This document shows, piece by piece, positions 44,701 to 54,467 of a stretch of DNA of 64,000 bases (positions are counted from its first letter, which is position 1; each line of letters opens with the position of its first letter). The notes below the pieces were generated by a model. That model searched no databases. It saw nothing but the letters and a program-made list of their open reading frames with translations, and was not told the origin of the DNA. The position numbers were made by a program, and so were the translations under genes. The DNA is from Prasinococcaceae sp. CCMP 1430 (lineage: Eukaryota; Plantae; Prasinodermophyta). Location of the stretch: assembly GCA_013416795.1 (NCBI GenBank), contig RQSC01000001.1:338213-402212 (forward strand). Direction: 5' to 3'.

Positions 44701-45238
44701 AGCGTGTGTCACCACACAGTAGCGCATCAATCGCGGCTGCCTGGTGCACGAACGGCTCGGCCCCTCGAGCGAGCGAGTGCAGCGTGGCGCGCGCGGCCGC
44801 GTTAAGCGCCGCGCGCGGCCGAGCCCGCCGCGCGGGGCGTGCGGGGATGATTTCCTCATGTACGCATTGGCCCGCCGCGCCCAGCCCGTCCTTGAGGTGG
44901 GCAGCCAGTCTCTCCGCTGAGAGCGGGTCTGAACGCGTGCATGGCGGTGGCCGTGTGCCGCTGCGGCGCTCGGTCTGCCGCGCCAGTGCAGCCGATACAG
45001 CATGCGCGTCACCCACAGTCGCGTACGGGTCATCGCGCTCAGCCTGCGACGGTCCGCGCGCGCAAGAGCCACCCGCCCGCGTAAGCGCCGCAGTGATCTC
45101 GTCCGGTGAAAGCACCCCGTACGGCTGCAGCGACGGAGCGACGCCAGCGAGCGCCACGCCCACCTGCCGCGGGCGCTTCGGCGGGCGCTGTGGTCGCACG
45201 GGTATGCCGTCGTCACCGCTGCTTGGTGTGCGTGACAT
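41702..45238 (-). CDS. HRQ1: HRQ1/RECQL4-like DEAD/DEAH helicase with C-terminal DUF1998 (MrfA-type) Zn domain
   Basis: ATSTCSGKSACF, FPTKALAQDQ, TNPDMFH, VVVDEAHAY, CSAT, ATSALELGVDVG, QQAGRAGRR and CRCFTARGCPGC. Probable in-frame intron 42122-41982. Confidence 0.9.
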   Translation of the reverse strand: MSRTPSSGDDGIPVRPQRPPKRPRQVGVALAGVAPSLQPYGVLSPDEITAALTRAGGSCARGPSQAERDDPYATVGDAHAVSAALARQTERRSGTRPPPCTRSDPLSAERLAAHLKDGLGAAGQCVHEEIIPARPARRARPRAALNAAARATLHSLARGAEPFVHQAAAIDALLCGDTRCDEGSGSERRAGGSGDDGRGSVRAVAIATSTCSGKSACFLVPVAQALEEDARSTFVLTFPTKALAQDQLRSARAVLGSALGWSAEQAAALVATYDGDSSDAERMAVRDHARVVLTNPDMFHRTILPNHRAHARLLSNLQLVVVDEAHAYSGVFGCHVALIIRRMRRIVERVHAGRPRFVLCSATMSEPSLHAAELTGLEESAIVCITQDGSPNGEKEFLLWNPPLVDVDSERHERVLERTRPGSRQSNGTSGRGGSGSDSDAFAGAGIDGSRPPSRQRTSAGTVTAGSNMLGLADDDETMRGTSELDAVSANAAAALQDLIALPGAELKLRARAIGVSQSGRKADVAARVVAAEAARGTKRNAPAHGEEEERRLSSIVEISLLLAECVQHGVRTIAFCKSKKLAEMVLRYTRDTLRKNLSEEIANELVSKLRAYRGGYTPAERRSVEADLFSGRLLGVAATSALELGVDVGALDCTLHLGWPGSQASLWQQAGRAGRRQGRALSIMVAFRGPLDQWFMRNPKALFEGRLERVFADASAPVVLRAHLACAAFEHPITPADRDAFVGEAAFFAAAAAARRAGELGRPPADLTSAAQLALIPLGCGDTTPAAGVDIRAICDESFVVKDAATGVELESIEASKAFWTVYPGAVYYNQGREYICESLDLDTMVATARHAHNVGYYTIMIDEDVIEVEGGRRAYEMSNGDDEVLQACEGGDDAGAGDRSVPAGAVADLDATGAEARTVDQAAAGAPRMIVRCGSCTVTTVYHGYVKKWRSGTRQTERVDYARGSLPDRILETRACWVDVPEVVAAAIRAKYGRGAAAAGAHAAAHAIINAVPLRVAASGNDIGAECGVPDTPEGYGCVVTRAAMPKRPPKHARCAKAYPCGSRVADAQLRCAAVAQHRRGMSRAPRWRPTRILLYEKHQGGMGLAERVAEVFPQLVRDAHASVKACRCFTARGCPGCTVFSECTGYNKILHRRAGLDLLRLLLDVEAVKAKDTAA

Positions 45239-45493
45239 CGTGCCCCGCCTCCGCTCGAGGGGATGTTCACGCGCGGCGTAGCTCACGCCAACATCGGGAA
45301 CTCTCCACACTCGCGAGCGCTCCGTCGCGCTGGCTCGCTGCTACTGCAGCCACGTGCCGCGCCGCAGCAATGCGTGAGCGCGCAGGGCGCGCGCGCTCTG
45401 GTGCAGCACACGCCTCAGTTCCGGGGCGCAACATGGGTTTGCCGGGAAAAAAATCTCATCATACAGCATGATACAGTACACAGCCCTTGGCAT

Positions 45494-46483
45494 TCATGCG
45501 CGCTTGAAGGCCCACGTCATGCTCTCGCGGACGCCATCGCCGACGTACGTGGTCACCACGGTCATCTCATCGTCCGCGCCATCTGCGCGTGCACCGGCGC
45601 GCACAGAGCGGCGCGACTCGAAGCGCCCGCCACGTTTCCCCCCGCCCAGTGCGACGACGTGCGTGCCATCAGGATCAAAGTGCGCGCGGGCCCACACGTC
45701 CTCCCCTTGCGCGTTGCGCGTGGAGGCCACCTCGGATGGAGACTCGGGCGTGCCGTTGGGCAAGCGCCGAACCCATGAGCGGCCGATGCCCCATGACCTG
45801 ACCTCCACTGACCCGTCGTCGAACGGCGTGACCACCTCGGTGCCGGTCAAGGGCATGGCAGAGATCACTGCGGCGGCGATTTCATTTGCGCCAATGGCGC
45901 GGAGGTACGCGCGCATATTGGAGACGGACTTTTGCTTCCACCTACCTTCAAGTCGCTGCGCGAACCGGAGGTTGCGCTCCAGCTGCTCGTCGGTGAGCTG
46001 CGTGCCCTCACGCGCGGTCCCAGCGCTGCTCCAACCCCCAAAACTGCGGTCGTCGCCTCCCCTTACGGCGCCGACCCTCGAAGGAGCGGCAAGTTCTGAG
46101 GCGTGCGTCACGGCCACCGCTCGTTTGGATTCGGTAGCGTGGCGTGTCGTTCCTGCACTTCGCCCCAACGAGCGCCAAGGCTGCCACGCCCGCCCTCGGG
46201 GTCCAAGCCCTCCTCCCCGTGTCGCCTCCGTGTATTCCTCGACGTCTGCATCGCCACCATCGCGTGCAAATTCGCGCATGCTGTTTTGTCCGTGCAGCCG
46301 AGCGGGCGCTCCGTTTGAATGTACTGCCCTCCCGCCGCCACCACCACCGTTGCCGCCGAAGCCGAAGACCAGCTCATCCGCAAAAGCGACCACACCTGCG
46401 CAAGTTGCAGTCGCTGTCGTCGCAAGCACGAGTGCGCTGCGCATGCGCGCGGCGCTAAGCGCAGAGAGCGCCCCCACGCTCAT
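45494..46483 (-). CDS. Protein with N-terminal hydrophobic anchor and C-terminal FABP/iLBP-like calycin domain
   Basis: ATG at 46483. The C-terminal domain LEGRWKQKSVSNMRAYLRAIGANEIAAAVISAM..DDEMTVVTTYVGDGVRESMTWAFKRA follows the FABP pattern GxWK..S.N...Y[ML]..[LI]G....D.[ML].V......V......[YF].RA. Confidence 0.6.
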   Translation of the reverse strand: MSVGALSALSAARMRSALVLATTATATCAGVVAFADELVFGFGGNGGGGGGRAVHSNGAPARLHGQNSMREFARDGGDADVEEYTEATRGGGLGPRGRAWQPWRSLGRSAGTTRHATESKRAVAVTHASELAAPSRVGAVRGGDDRSFGGWSSAGTAREGTQLTDEQLERNLRFAQRLEGRWKQKSVSNMRAYLRAIGANEIAAAVISAMPLTGTEVVTPFDDGSVEVRSWGIGRSWVRRLPNGTPESPSEVASTRNAQGEDVWARAHFDPDGTHVVALGGGKRGGRFESRRSVRAGARADGADDEMTVVTTYVGDGVRESMTWAFKRA

Positions 46484-46999
46484 GGACGACTGGCAAAGCC
46501 GCAGCGTCGCACCGCGCTATACTGTGTCGTGCGCGCCAGCGTCAAATACCAGCCGCCGCCCAGGTGCCCCGGGAGGGCGTGCCCCGTCCGTGTCTCTGCT
46601 GATGGCGTGCGCGTGCGCACACGTGTGCGCGTGCGCGCTCGCACCAAACAACGAAGGGAGAGAAGCAGGCGGCGCGGAAGCGCGGCGCGGTGGGGAACGG
46701 AGTGATTTCACCCGCGTCCGCCCCTCGAAAGCCCCGCGCGCGCACCCAGCGATTGGAGGAGCGGCGCTGCTCCGCAGGGGGCGGCGCGGCGCCCGCTGTG
46801 CGCACGTGCTCTGGCGCCGCCACGACGAGCGGCTGTGTTCGCGCTGGCCTATGCAATCAATTAGCGGAAGAACGCATCTCAATTGTACAATTTCCGTAAA
46901 AACAAAATGCAAAGTAATATATAGACAGCGCAGCGCGCAATAATTGATCCCCACCAGTGCCAAATCCATTTACTGTTTTTCAGCGCGCGGTGAGGCACC

Positions 47000-49122
47000 T
47001 CACACGACGAACTTGAGGCCGCAGTCCTCGGGGGTCTTGCCGCTCGCCGACGCCCTGGAAGCGGCGTCGGCCTCCGCGCCGTCCTGTTCGGGCTTCATGG
47101 CAGGGAAGAGCAGCACCTCCTTGATTGTGTTGCGGTTGGACAGCAGCATGGTCAGGCGGTCGATGCCCGCACCCCAGCCACCGGTGGGAGGGAGTCCGTA
47201 CTCCAGCGCGGTGATGAAGCCCTCGTCGAGCTCCTGAGCCTCATCGTCGCCCGCGGCCTTGTCGGCCATCTGCGAGGCAAAGCGCTCGCGCTGCACCACC
47301 GGGTCGTTGAGCTCGGTGTACGCGTTGCACACCTCGTGCTTGTTGACGAAGAGCTCGAAGCGCTCCGTCATCCCCGGCATGCTGCGGTGCCACTTGGCCA
47401 GCGGGCTCATGATCTGAGGGTGGTCCATGATGAAGGTCGGGTTCACGCACGTCTCCTCGAGGAACTCGCCCACCAGCTTGTCCAGCAGCCGCGCGGTGGT
47501 CTGCGGCGGCTTGCACTCCACCTGGTGCTTCGCGCAGAGATCCTTGAGGAACTCACGCGTGGACTCGGCGTACATGTCGGTGGGAATCTTCACATCGAGC
47601 ACCTTCTCGAGCTCAGCGACCATGCTGATCCTCTTGAACGGCGGAGTGAAATCAATCGTGCGAACCTCACCCTCGAGCGTATTAAAGTTGATCACATATC
47701 CGCCGGTGATCTCCTTGACCATGCCGCTGAACATCTTCTCCGTCATGTCCATGAGGTCTTCGTAGTCCGCGTACGCCTGGCAGGCGGGCCATTCACGGCC
47801 AAGGCGCGCAGCTGTCAGCCGATGAGCACCCTCCGGTTCGCGCGCGCGGCCGCGCGCCGGCGGTGATGCTGGGCGTCCGCGGGGGCTTCGGATTTGTGGC
47901 ACGGCACGGCGGCGTGCGGCCATCGGATGGGCTCGCACGTCCCCACGCCACGCTCAGAAGGTCTCCCCAGTCTATGGGGCAGATTTCGTTGCCATGGCAC
48001 GATTGGCGACGACTGCACGGAGAACTACTGGGATTGACACACGCACACATGGCGCAGTTGCACGCGAGACACAGTCCGCGCGCTGCGCACGCATGGCAAT
48101 GCCGGCGCACGCACCTGGTAGAATTCGCACGTGGTGAACTCGGGGTTGTGCGTGGTGTCCATGCCCTCGTTGCGGAACTGGCGGCCGATCTCGTACACGC
48201 GGTCCATGCCGCCGACGACGAGCATCTTCAGGTACAGCTCGGGCGCAATGCGCATGAAGAGATCCATGTTAAGGTCGTTGTGGTGGGTGATGAAGGGCTT
48301 GGCGGTAGCGCCGCCGGCGATCATGTTCATCATGGGCGTCTCCACCTCGAGGAAGTCGCGCTCATCGAGGAAGCGGCGGATGTACTTGATGACCTTGGCG
48401 CGCTTGTCGAAGACGTCGTGCGTGGCCTGGTTGGTGATCAGGTCGAGGTAGCGCTGGCGGTAGCGCGTATCGGCCGCGAGCTCGCCACCCTTGGCACTGG
48501 GGATCATCCTCAGGCAGGGCGTGAGCACGGTGAGCTCCGAGGGGAAGATGGACAGCTCGCCGCGCTTCGACTTGCCCGGGCTGCCCTTGATGCCGACGAT
48601 ATCGCCGCGGCGCACCGAGCCGTGGAGCGCCGCGAAGCCCTCCTCGTCGAGCGGCGAGTCGGCGAAGCTCGCCATCACCTGCACCTTCGTGTCGCGCTCG
48701 CGCAGGTCGTAGAACTTGAGCTTGGCGCCCGAGGGGGCGACGCGCATGATGCGGCCCACGACGGTGATGGTGTCATCCGAGCGCCCACCGTCCGCCACGT
48801 CCGCGTACTTCTCGCGCATCTCCGCGAGCGAGTGCGACGCATGGAACTTGTGCGGGTACGGGTTCTCGCCGGCAGCCTTGGCGGCGTTCACCTTGGCGAG
48901 GCGGTTGGCGAAGTACGCCGTCGGATCGAGGGAGTCCTCCTCCTCGGCCTCGGAAACTTTCTTCTCCGCCTTGGGCTTGGCGGCCTCCGCCGCGGCCTTG
49001 GCTGCCGCCTTCTCCGCGGCCTTACGCTCCTTCTCGGCCGCCTTGAGCCGCTTCTTCTGCTCCGACTTGGACATGTTGGCCCACTCCTCGGCGCTCACGC
49101 CCTCGGGCGGACCCGCCGGCCC
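47000..49122 (-). CDS. KARS: Cytosolic lysyl-tRNA synthetase (class II); exact start uncertain
   Basis: [67 protein letters not shown] and [10 protein letters not shown]. Intron 48114-47777. The nearest in-frame ATG is 49074. Confidence 0.95.
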
Positions 49123-49590
49123 CTGCGCCGCGCGGTGCGCGGCGGCGCGCGCCGTGCCGGCCCCGCAGCCGCCGCCATCACAGCCGCCGCCGCGCGCGGC
49201 CCCGGAATCGCGGATTTCGCCGGGCGCGTGGCCGAATCCGCGAATCCGAACGCCGCCGCGCCGGAAAATGGATCCGGAGCTGGGTGTAACCACCACGACG
49301 AGTTTGTGGTTTCGGATTGGCGGGAACACGGAAAGCAGGAACCGGAACCGGCCTGCCGGACGATGCGGAACAGACGCACGCCCAACCAACCAAATCCAGC
49401 ACGCAGCATGCCGGTTCCGGTTCGTGCATGGCACACGGCAATCCATGCTTGCGGCGCCATTGAAGCGAACCCTCGAATGAGTAATGACCCTAATAATGGG
49501 TATGAGTCGCCGTACCGTAACTTCCGCAGAAGGGCGTGCCGCGCCGCTGCGGGGCGCAGGCGGGTGGGGGCAGTCGCGGGGTCTGCGACG

Positions 49591-50340
49591 ATGCTGCCGA
49601 TGCAATGTCCGGTGAGGCCATGGGTCGCGGGCGCGGCCCCGCGGCGCTCCGCCGCCGCAGCAGCCGCAGCGGCAGCGGCCATCTCCGAAGGCGGGTGGCT
49701 CGTCGTCGGGCTCGGCAACCCCGGGCGCGAGTACGAGCGCACGAGGCACAACATCGGCTTTCGCGTGGTGGATCAGCTGGCCGCTGCCGAGGGCATCACG
49801 CTACGCGCCTCGAGGAAACACCAGGGCCATGTTGGCACGGGCAGGCTTCGGTTGCCGAGCGGCGACGGCCCGCCGGTCGTGCTGCTCAAGCCGAGCACGT
49901 ATATGAATCTGAGTGGCCATAGCGTGCAGTCGGTGATGGCGTACTACAAAATTCCGCAGGACAGGCTGCTCGTGGTCGTGGACGACCTGGACACGCCCCT
50001 GGGCTCCGTGCGGCTCAAGCCCAAAGGCTCGGCGGGCGGACACAACGGCCTGAAGAGCATCGCGCAATGCCTCGGGGGCTCAAACGCGTACGCCAGGCTG
50101 AAGTGTGGCATCGGCCGGCCTGAAAATGGCAACGTGCCCGTCGTCGACTACGTGCTGCAGCGATTCTCCAAGGGCGAGGAGGCCTCCGTCGACGACATCC
50201 TGCGCCGGGCATGCGAGGTGGCGAGGGCGTGCGTCACAAACGGGCTACAAGCGGCTATGAACGCGGCCAACGCGCCGAAGAAGGGCGCTGCCAAGGCGGG
50301 CAACGGCAAAAAGGCCAAGCGCGTGGACAAGCCCTCATGA
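49591..50340 (+). CDS. PTH: Peptidyl-tRNA hydrolase (Pth/CRS2 family), organelle-targeted
   Basis: [50 protein letters not shown] and RLKCGIGRP, after a transit-peptide-like N-terminus. Transcribed divergently from LysRS. Confidence 0.92.
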   Translation: MLPMQCPVRPWVAGAAPRRSAAAAAAAAAAISEGGWLVVGLGNPGREYERTRHNIGFRVVDQLAAAEGITLRASRKHQGHVGTGRLRLPSGDGPPVVLLKPSTYMNLSGHSVQSVMAYYKIPQDRLLVVVDDLDTPLGSVRLKPKGSAGGHNGLKSIAQCLGGSNAYARLKCGIGRPENGNVPVVDYVLQRFSKGEEASVDDILRRACEVARACVTNGLQAAMNAANAPKKGAAKAGNGKKAKRVDKPS

Positions 50341-50440
50341 TGCGCGCACGGGTGACCACTCCAACACATTAGTACAGTAATACTTCAAGAAGTACACGAC
50401 GGCGGCGTGGGTGCATCCATACGATAATTAGTCATGCGCT

Positions 50441-53161
50441 TCACTCGGCGGCCACGCTCGCCGCGCGGCGAATGACACGGGCGAGATCTGCATGGCCGCA
50501 CTGCGCCGCCACTGCAGCGGCTGTCACGCCACCCTGGTCGGTGGCCAGAGCATCGGCGCCGCTCTCGAGCAGCAGCGTGGCGACGTCGGCTGAGCCGTGC
50601 ATTGCAGCCAGATGCAGAGCGGTTGCCCCGTCGCCTCGCCGTTTGTGTTGCACGTTGGCGCCGCTCTCGATGAGGCGCATTGCCACGGCATGCCTGTTGC
50701 GAAACGTGGCCATCTGAAGTGGAGTGTCGCCCATGTTGTTGGTTTCGGCGTTCACGCTAGCGCCACCACTGACAAGTCGCACAGCGCAGATCTCGTGCCC
50801 ATGTAGCGCGGCGTAGTGCAGGGGCGTGGCACCGTTGTCGTTGCGCACGTCTGGGGTGGTCGAGACACTCAGCAGCTCGCGCAGCGTGGCAGCTGCGCCG
50901 CGCGCGGCCGCTAGGTGCAGTGGCGTGGCCTTGTCTGGTCTCTTGGACCCTCCCACCTGAGCCTCAGCACCCAGAAGCCTGCGCAGCAGGCCTGTGTGTC
51001 CCTTCGAGGCCGCGAGATGCAGCGCCGTGTTGCCAGCGGCGTCGCATAGGGTCACGTCTGCACCGGCCTCGATGAGAGTCGTGGCTGCCTGCTCGTGCCC
51101 GTTGAGCGCTGTCAGGTGCAGAGGGGTGATGTCGCTAGCACAGCGCACATTGGGATCGACGCTCGGCCCGTCCAGTAGGAGCGCCATCACTGCATCGGCC
51201 CCGCTAAGGGCGGACAGGTGCAACGGCGTGCGCTTGAAGATGCTCTCCGTGACATTCCTGTCGGCGCCTGCACCCAGTAGGCTCTCTGCAATGTCGGCAA
51301 CACCGACGGTTGCGCAGAGGTGAAGCGCGGTCGAGCCATCCTGTTTGCGTAGGTTGACCACCTCCTTGATGGCAGCGCGTGCGGCGTCACTCTCGGGCTC
51401 AAAGGCCTCACCGGTGTCGCCGCCACGCGCGGCGTACGCCAGGAGGCGATCCACTATAAGCGCCTGGCGCTTCCACACTGCCTGGTGCAGCGGTGTGTCG
51501 CCGCCCTCCATGCGAGCCGAGACAGACGCGCCACATTCAAGCAGCGCGTCCACGACTTCCACATGTCCCGTCCAGCAGGCGTAGTGCAGGGGCGTCGAGT
51601 TGTTGCGCGAACGCCTCTCTGTATCGCCGCCCGTGTGAAGTAAGAGCCTCAGGACGCGCGTGTGGCCCATACGGGCAGCCACGTGCATGGCCGTGTCGTC
51701 GTTGGCGCCGTAGGGGGCGTTGATGTCGCCCGCAGGGTTCTGACCGCTATTCCTCTGTTGGTCGAGCAGGCGTTCCGTCGCCGAGACGTCGCCGGCGTGG
51801 ACTGCCTGGTGCAGGTGGTAGACGCGCTCCGCGTCAACCCCTCGGTTGCTGGGGGGGCGCTGCTGCGCCCGACGCTGGGGCAGGAAGAGCGCCGCAGCGC
51901 TCGGCCCATACATACTGAGGTCGAGCATTGCACTCATCTGCAAGTCCGCGGAGGTGCCACTCGCGCTCATCATCATGCGGCGCTGCATCTGCACGACGCA
52001 CACGCTGATGTGCGGGAGCTGCGCCTTTGCCGGTGAGTTGTTCGGCACGCGCGCTGAGAAGGCCTGCAGCGCGCTTGGCTCTGACGCTGCGGCGGCGATC
52101 ATTGATGCCGTAGACTCGAGCTCACCAGGCGTAACCGAGCGCAGCACGTCCACAAGCGACGGGTCCGCAGCCAGGGCTGCATTCAAGTGCGGGATGGCCG
52201 CTGTGAAAGCATCTTGTACGCCGCCGATGGGCATAGGCTGCAGCTGCGGGTGGTGATGCACGTGAACCACCTGGCGCGCATTGGCCATCGGCTGCGAGCG
52301 CTGCTGCTGAGGTACCTGCGCCTGCGCGCGAGCGTGGGCCTGCATCTGCGCTTGTCCCTGCGCGCGGGGATGCGCCTGAATCATCTGCGCTTGCTGCTGC
52401 CGCACCTGCGCTCCCTGCTGCCTGAGCGCCTGCTGCTGTTGCTGCGCGAGATGCGCCATCTGTTGTTGCGACGGCGCCGCCGCAGTAGGCCGGCGTACCT
52501 CATCGATTTGCACGATGTGTGGCATGGGCGGCAGCGCCGCCCGTCCGTTGCGCTGCAGCCAGTCTGCGACGAGCGCTCGCATTGCGAGATTCGGCACGAG
52601 CGTCTTGCTGGGCAGCGAGGCGCCCGTCACGGGTGAGGTCGAGTTCGATTCGAGCCAGCGCCGGATGGCGCTGTATTCGTACGTGTGCCCATCCACAGTG
52701 AGCACTGGCTCGCGCAGCAAGTCCTGCGTCACCGGGCAAAGCAGGCTGTCCGGCACAGCGTCGCCATGCAAATCCGGAACAGCTGCTTGCGACGACGCTG
52801 GGCGCGCGTTCTGCGCTTGAGCCTGCTCCAGCGTTCGCTGCCGCTCGATGGGCGGCCTCGTGAGATCGGCCGCGGTGGGGGTACGGGCAGATTGCCCGAC
52901 CATGGCCTCGCGCACCGCCTGCACGAGCCGTCTGCGCGGCCCGAGCCTCAGCCCAAGCGCGTCGAAGTCGGCCTCGGTGAGAAGCGCGACGTCCTCGAGC
53001 GCGAGCTCCTCCTCGGCGAGCCGCGCGGCGTGCTTCTCGAGGCCGGCAGCGTCGACGACCCTTGCGAGCGCCGCCGCGAGCACCGGAGGCTCGCATTCAT
53101 CCTGGGCGGCCTCGCCCTCCGCCGCACCCACCACCTCTAGCGAGCACGCAGGCGGCGCCAT
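50441..53161 (-). CDS. SAM - U-box - Q-rich - ankyrin-repeat protein (putative E3 ubiquitin ligase)
   Basis: SAM: AGLEKHAARLAEEEL..LLTEADFDALGLRLGPRRRL. U-box: LLCPVTQDLLREPVLTVDGHTYEYSAIRRWL..SPVTG..LVPN. About 12 ankyrin repeats (TPLHYA, TALHLA). Upstream exons are possible. Confidence 0.85.
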   Translation of the reverse strand: MAPPACSLEVVGAAEGEAAQDECEPPVLAAALARVVDAAGLEKHAARLAEEELALEDVALLTEADFDALGLRLGPRRRLVQAVREAMVGQSARTPTAADLTRPPIERQRTLEQAQAQNARPASSQAAVPDLHGDAVPDSLLCPVTQDLLREPVLTVDGHTYEYSAIRRWLESNSTSPVTGASLPSKTLVPNLAMRALVADWLQRNGRAALPPMPHIVQIDEVRRPTAAAPSQQQMAHLAQQQQQALRQQGAQVRQQQAQMIQAHPRAQGQAQMQAHARAQAQVPQQQRSQPMANARQVVHVHHHPQLQPMPIGGVQDAFTAAIPHLNAALAADPSLVDVLRSVTPGELESTASMIAAAASEPSALQAFSARVPNNSPAKAQLPHISVCVVQMQRRMMMSASGTSADLQMSAMLDLSMYGPSAAALFLPQRRAQQRPPSNRGVDAERVYHLHQAVHAGDVSATERLLDQQRNSGQNPAGDINAPYGANDDTAMHVAARMGHTRVLRLLLHTGGDTERRSRNNSTPLHYACWTGHVEVVDALLECGASVSARMEGGDTPLHQAVWKRQALIVDRLLAYAARGGDTGEAFEPESDAARAAIKEVVNLRKQDGSTALHLCATVGVADIAESLLGAGADRNVTESIFKRTPLHLSALSGADAVMALLLDGPSVDPNVRCASDITPLHLTALNGHEQAATTLIEAGADVTLCDAAGNTALHLAASKGHTGLLRRLLGAEAQVGGSKRPDKATPLHLAAARGAAATLRELLSVSTTPDVRNDNGATPLHYAALHGHEICAVRLVSGGASVNAETNNMGDTPLQMATFRNRHAVAMRLIESGANVQHKRRGDGATALHLAAMHGSADVATLLLESGADALATDQGGVTAAAVAAQCGHADLARVIRRAASVAAE

Positions 53162-54467
53162 CGGCGGCACCGAGCGCGGCGGCGGCAGCAGCCCGAGCGC
53201 GCGCAGCGCGGCGCTGGCGAGAAGAATGGTGCCCGCCTGCGCGCGGCAGGTGCCGCGCGCGGCCGCGCGCGTGCGCGCGTCCAGCTCGCTCGGGCCGCGA
53301 GCCCGACTGACAACCCCACCAAGCCTACCCCCGCACGGTCGCACGCCTGCCCCCCCCTTCCGCACACGCGCCGCACTCCGCCCGCGTGCGCGTTGTGACC
53401 GGCGGGCACCCGTGGTGCAGCGGAGGGCGCGCTGCGCCCGCACGAAAAAAGAGTGGCTCGCTCCGCTTCGCGCCCGCCCCCAAATCCCATCCGTTGCCCG
53501 GTTCGTTCGCGATAGCGATGCGGCGTGCCCAGCGACGACCAAAGCATCTTCACCGCGAAAACATTCCAACCGTGTGCACGTGCGCAGCTCGCAGCCGGCA
53601 CAGCTGGCATCGCCGGTTGCCTCGGTCCACATCATCACACGCCGACGAAGTCTTGACAGCCTTGCTGGTTGGTTGATGGATTGCGGTGGGTGCGTGGGTG
53701 ACAGGCTGCGTGCCATACGCGGGAGGGGCGGCGCTCTCGCCCTCGCCCTCGCCCCCCTTGCTGCGCTCCCCCGCGGCCCCGCCCAGCGCGGCCGGGCGCT
53801 GCAGCCGCCGCGTGCGAGTGCTGTGCCCCCAGCCTCCCGCAGCCGCTGCCGCCGGCGCCGCCGGCGCGCTCGGCGCGCAACACCCCCCCGCCTGTCCGAT
53901 CGCGTCGGCAGCAATGCCTCGCGCCTCCAGGAATTCCGAGCGGGGCCGCGGGCGGACGCGGGCGCGACCGATGGGTTCCGGTTCCCAGGCTCGCGCGCCG
54001 GCGGTGCGCCAGCTCAGCGCGTGGCAAATAGGCATTGTAAAAATCTGAGCGCGCGCCGTCCGGTGCGGATCGCGCCGCTGCGCGCCACCTGTCTGGCAGC
54101 GGGCGACGGGGAACAGAGCTCGCTGACCGCGATGCGATGTGTTGGAAAGGCTCGCTCGCGCGGGGCGAGGCGCGGGGCGCGCGCCCCGCGGCCCGCGCGG
54201 CGCCAGCCATTTGCATTGGCGGCAGACAGCAATTGTTGCGAGGGTGGGGAGCGCGCGCGGGTGTCATCCGGCTGCTTTCCCACTCCCACCACCTCCACCA
54301 CCATCTCCTGCACCTCATACACATCCTACACGTCTCGCGGCTCGAGGGAGGGCCCGTGCTCGCGACCGACGCGCTTGCGCGCCCTCGGCCGTACAACGAG
54401 GACGGCCCCGCGTCCGGCGCGCCCTCGCGCTTCGACGCCCGCCGCGCACCCTTCACCCGCAGGCGAG

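Noticed and set aside
47987-48000. X-box-like GTTGCCATGGCAC in the LysRS intron
   Set aside because: Single imperfect copy, not near a ciliary gene start, and RFX regulation is not established in green algae.
49123-49178. Possible 35-nt GC-AG intron linking ATG 49178 to LysRS
   Set aside because: Much shorter than every other intron here (about 70 nt or more). A sequence error in the GC-rich run is as likely.
9987-49248. Recurrent CGAATCCGCG word in intergenic regions (9987, 36795, 49232)
   Set aside because: It also occurs inside CDS (about 54710) and has few copies, so it cannot be separated from chance without a genome-wide test.
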